Below, piece by piece: positions 63,080 to 64,000 of a stretch of 64,000 nucleotides of DNA (position 1 is the stretch's first letter; every line of letters begins with the position of its first letter). Source of the DNA: an uncultured Coriobacteriia bacterium. GTDB taxonomy: Bacteria > Actinomycetota > Coriobacteriia > Anaerosomatales > JAAXUF01. A program made the position numbers and the translations under genes. The notes below the pieces were generated by a model. It did no database searches, was not told where the DNA came from, and was given only the letters and a program-made list of their open reading frames with translations. The stretch is from contig CAWDNM010000008.1 in NCBI GenBank assembly GCA_963803785.1, positions 35,411 through 99,410 on the forward strand. The letters are read 5' to 3'.

Positions 63080-63901
63080 ATGGCCGAGGGGTTCAGCTAC
63101 GAGGGCACCATCGCCGTGATCGGCGGTGGCCGCATGGGAGAGGCGATCGTCCGAGGCCTGTTGGCCGTCGGACTCGGTTGCGGTCGACCAGGTCACCATC
63201 GCTGAGCCGTCTGCAAGTCGCCGCAAGGAGCTCGCGAGCTCCTACGGCGTGCGGTGCGTCGCCGACGGGACCGAGGCACTTCCTGCTGACCTTGCACTCA
63301 TCGCCGTGAAGCCTCAGATCGCCGACGCGGTCGTCGGCGGGCTCTCCGAGGCTCTCGGCGCATCGCTGGTGGTGTCGATCGTCGCAGGCTTCTCCTGCGC
63401 CCGTCTCGAGTCGCTGCTGCCCGACGGCACGGCCGTCGTGCGAGTCATGCCGAACACGCCCGCGATGGTCGGGGAGGGCATGGCCGTGATCAGCGGCGGC
63501 GCGGAGGCGGCGCCCGAGCAGGTCGTGCTCGTCGAGTCGCTGTTCTCGCAGATCGGCCGTGCGGTCGTCGTCGACGAGCGCTACCAGAACGCGGCGACGG
63601 CGATATCTGGTTCCGGGCCCGCGTACTTCGCGCTCGTCATCGACGCGCTGTCGCGCGCCGGGGTGCGACAGGGGCTGGCTCGCGATGTGGCTCAGGCACT
63701 TGCGGTCCAGACGATGCTCGGCACGGCTCGGATGCTGGAAGAAACCGGCGTTCATCCCGAGGTGCTGATCGACGGACGTCTCGAGCCCCGGCGGCACGAC
63801 CATCGTCGCCATCGAGGCACTCGAAGCCGGCGGGCTTGCGCGCCGCGTTCGCCGAGGCGGTCGCCGCAAACGTGGCACGCTCGCAGGAGCTGGGCTCGTG
63901 A
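63080..63901 (+). CDS. proC: pyrroline-5-carboxylate reductase; ~3 apparent frameshifts
   Basis: ATG 63080 gives MAEGFSYEGTIAVIGGGRMGEAIVRGLLA.... Later fragments read ...ADLALIAVKPQIADAVVGGL..., ...VVRVMPNTPAMVGEGMAVISGG... and ...ISGSGPAYFALVIDALSRAGVRQGLARDVAQALAVQTMLGTARML.... It ends ...ARSQELGS* at 63901. Confidence 0.75.
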
Positions 63902-64000
63902 GTGGTATCCAGATCGCCAATGCGATTCGTGCCGTGGGCAGTTTCTACGGACTGCTCATCTTCGTCTACGTGATCATGTCGTGGTTTCCGATGCGGGGAG
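63898..64000 (+). CDS. yggT: YggT-family membrane protein, 5' fragment (runs off window end)
   Basis: GTG 63898 overlaps the proC stop and gives VSGIQIANAIRAVGSFYGLLIFVYVIMSWFPMRG.... This is the YggT-type start, in the conserved sepF-yggT position. Confidence 0.6.
   Translation, partial: MSGIQIANAIRAVGSFYGLLIFVYVIMSWFPMRG

Noticed and set aside
1-64000. Interpreting the many interrupted genes as genuine pseudogenes or genome decay
   Set aside because: Disruptions hit essential single-copy genes uniformly (ftsZ, murD, murG, dxs, pyrG). Each is a simple ±1 frame change with perfectly conserved protein sequence on both sides. That points to sequencing or assembly indels.

Overview
The window is a high-GC (~68-70%) chromosomal segment with Actinomycetota-type housekeeping synteny. 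Gene order runs: aroB-aroQ; a type IV pilin-like gene cluster; pepQ-efp; a biotin carboxyltransferase-BCCP gene plus biotin carboxylase; asp23-nusB-xseB; dxs-tlyA-ppnK-recN-steA-steB; an inserted cell-envelope glycan cluster (GT2, murJ, sulfatase-like membrane protein, WecA/MraY-like GT4); pyrG; M20 peptidase; ald; flotillin; xerD; a BMP-family ABC transporter; then a complete dcw cluster (mraZ-rsmH-ftsL-ftsI-murE-mraY-murD-ftsW-murG-murC-murB-ftsQ-ftsZ) followed by pgeF, pstSCAB-phoU, yggS, sepF, proC and yggT. No rRNA, tRNA, CRISPR array, IS element or prophage signature was seen. The dominant technical observation is that almost every conserved gene is broken by apparent single-base frameshifts, roughly one per 0.5 kb. 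That pattern fits uncorrected indel errors in the assembly, not real pseudogenes. Gene boundaries given here are therefore reconstructed by joining ORF fragments across frames and are approximate where noted. The most interesting biology is the pilin-like cluster between aroQ and pepQ, which includes a large pilin built from tandem carboxypeptidase-regulatory-like repeats. Next is the glycan-biosynthesis insertion between steB and pyrG. Last is the unusual dcw architecture: no murF, murB and murC present, and no ftsA.
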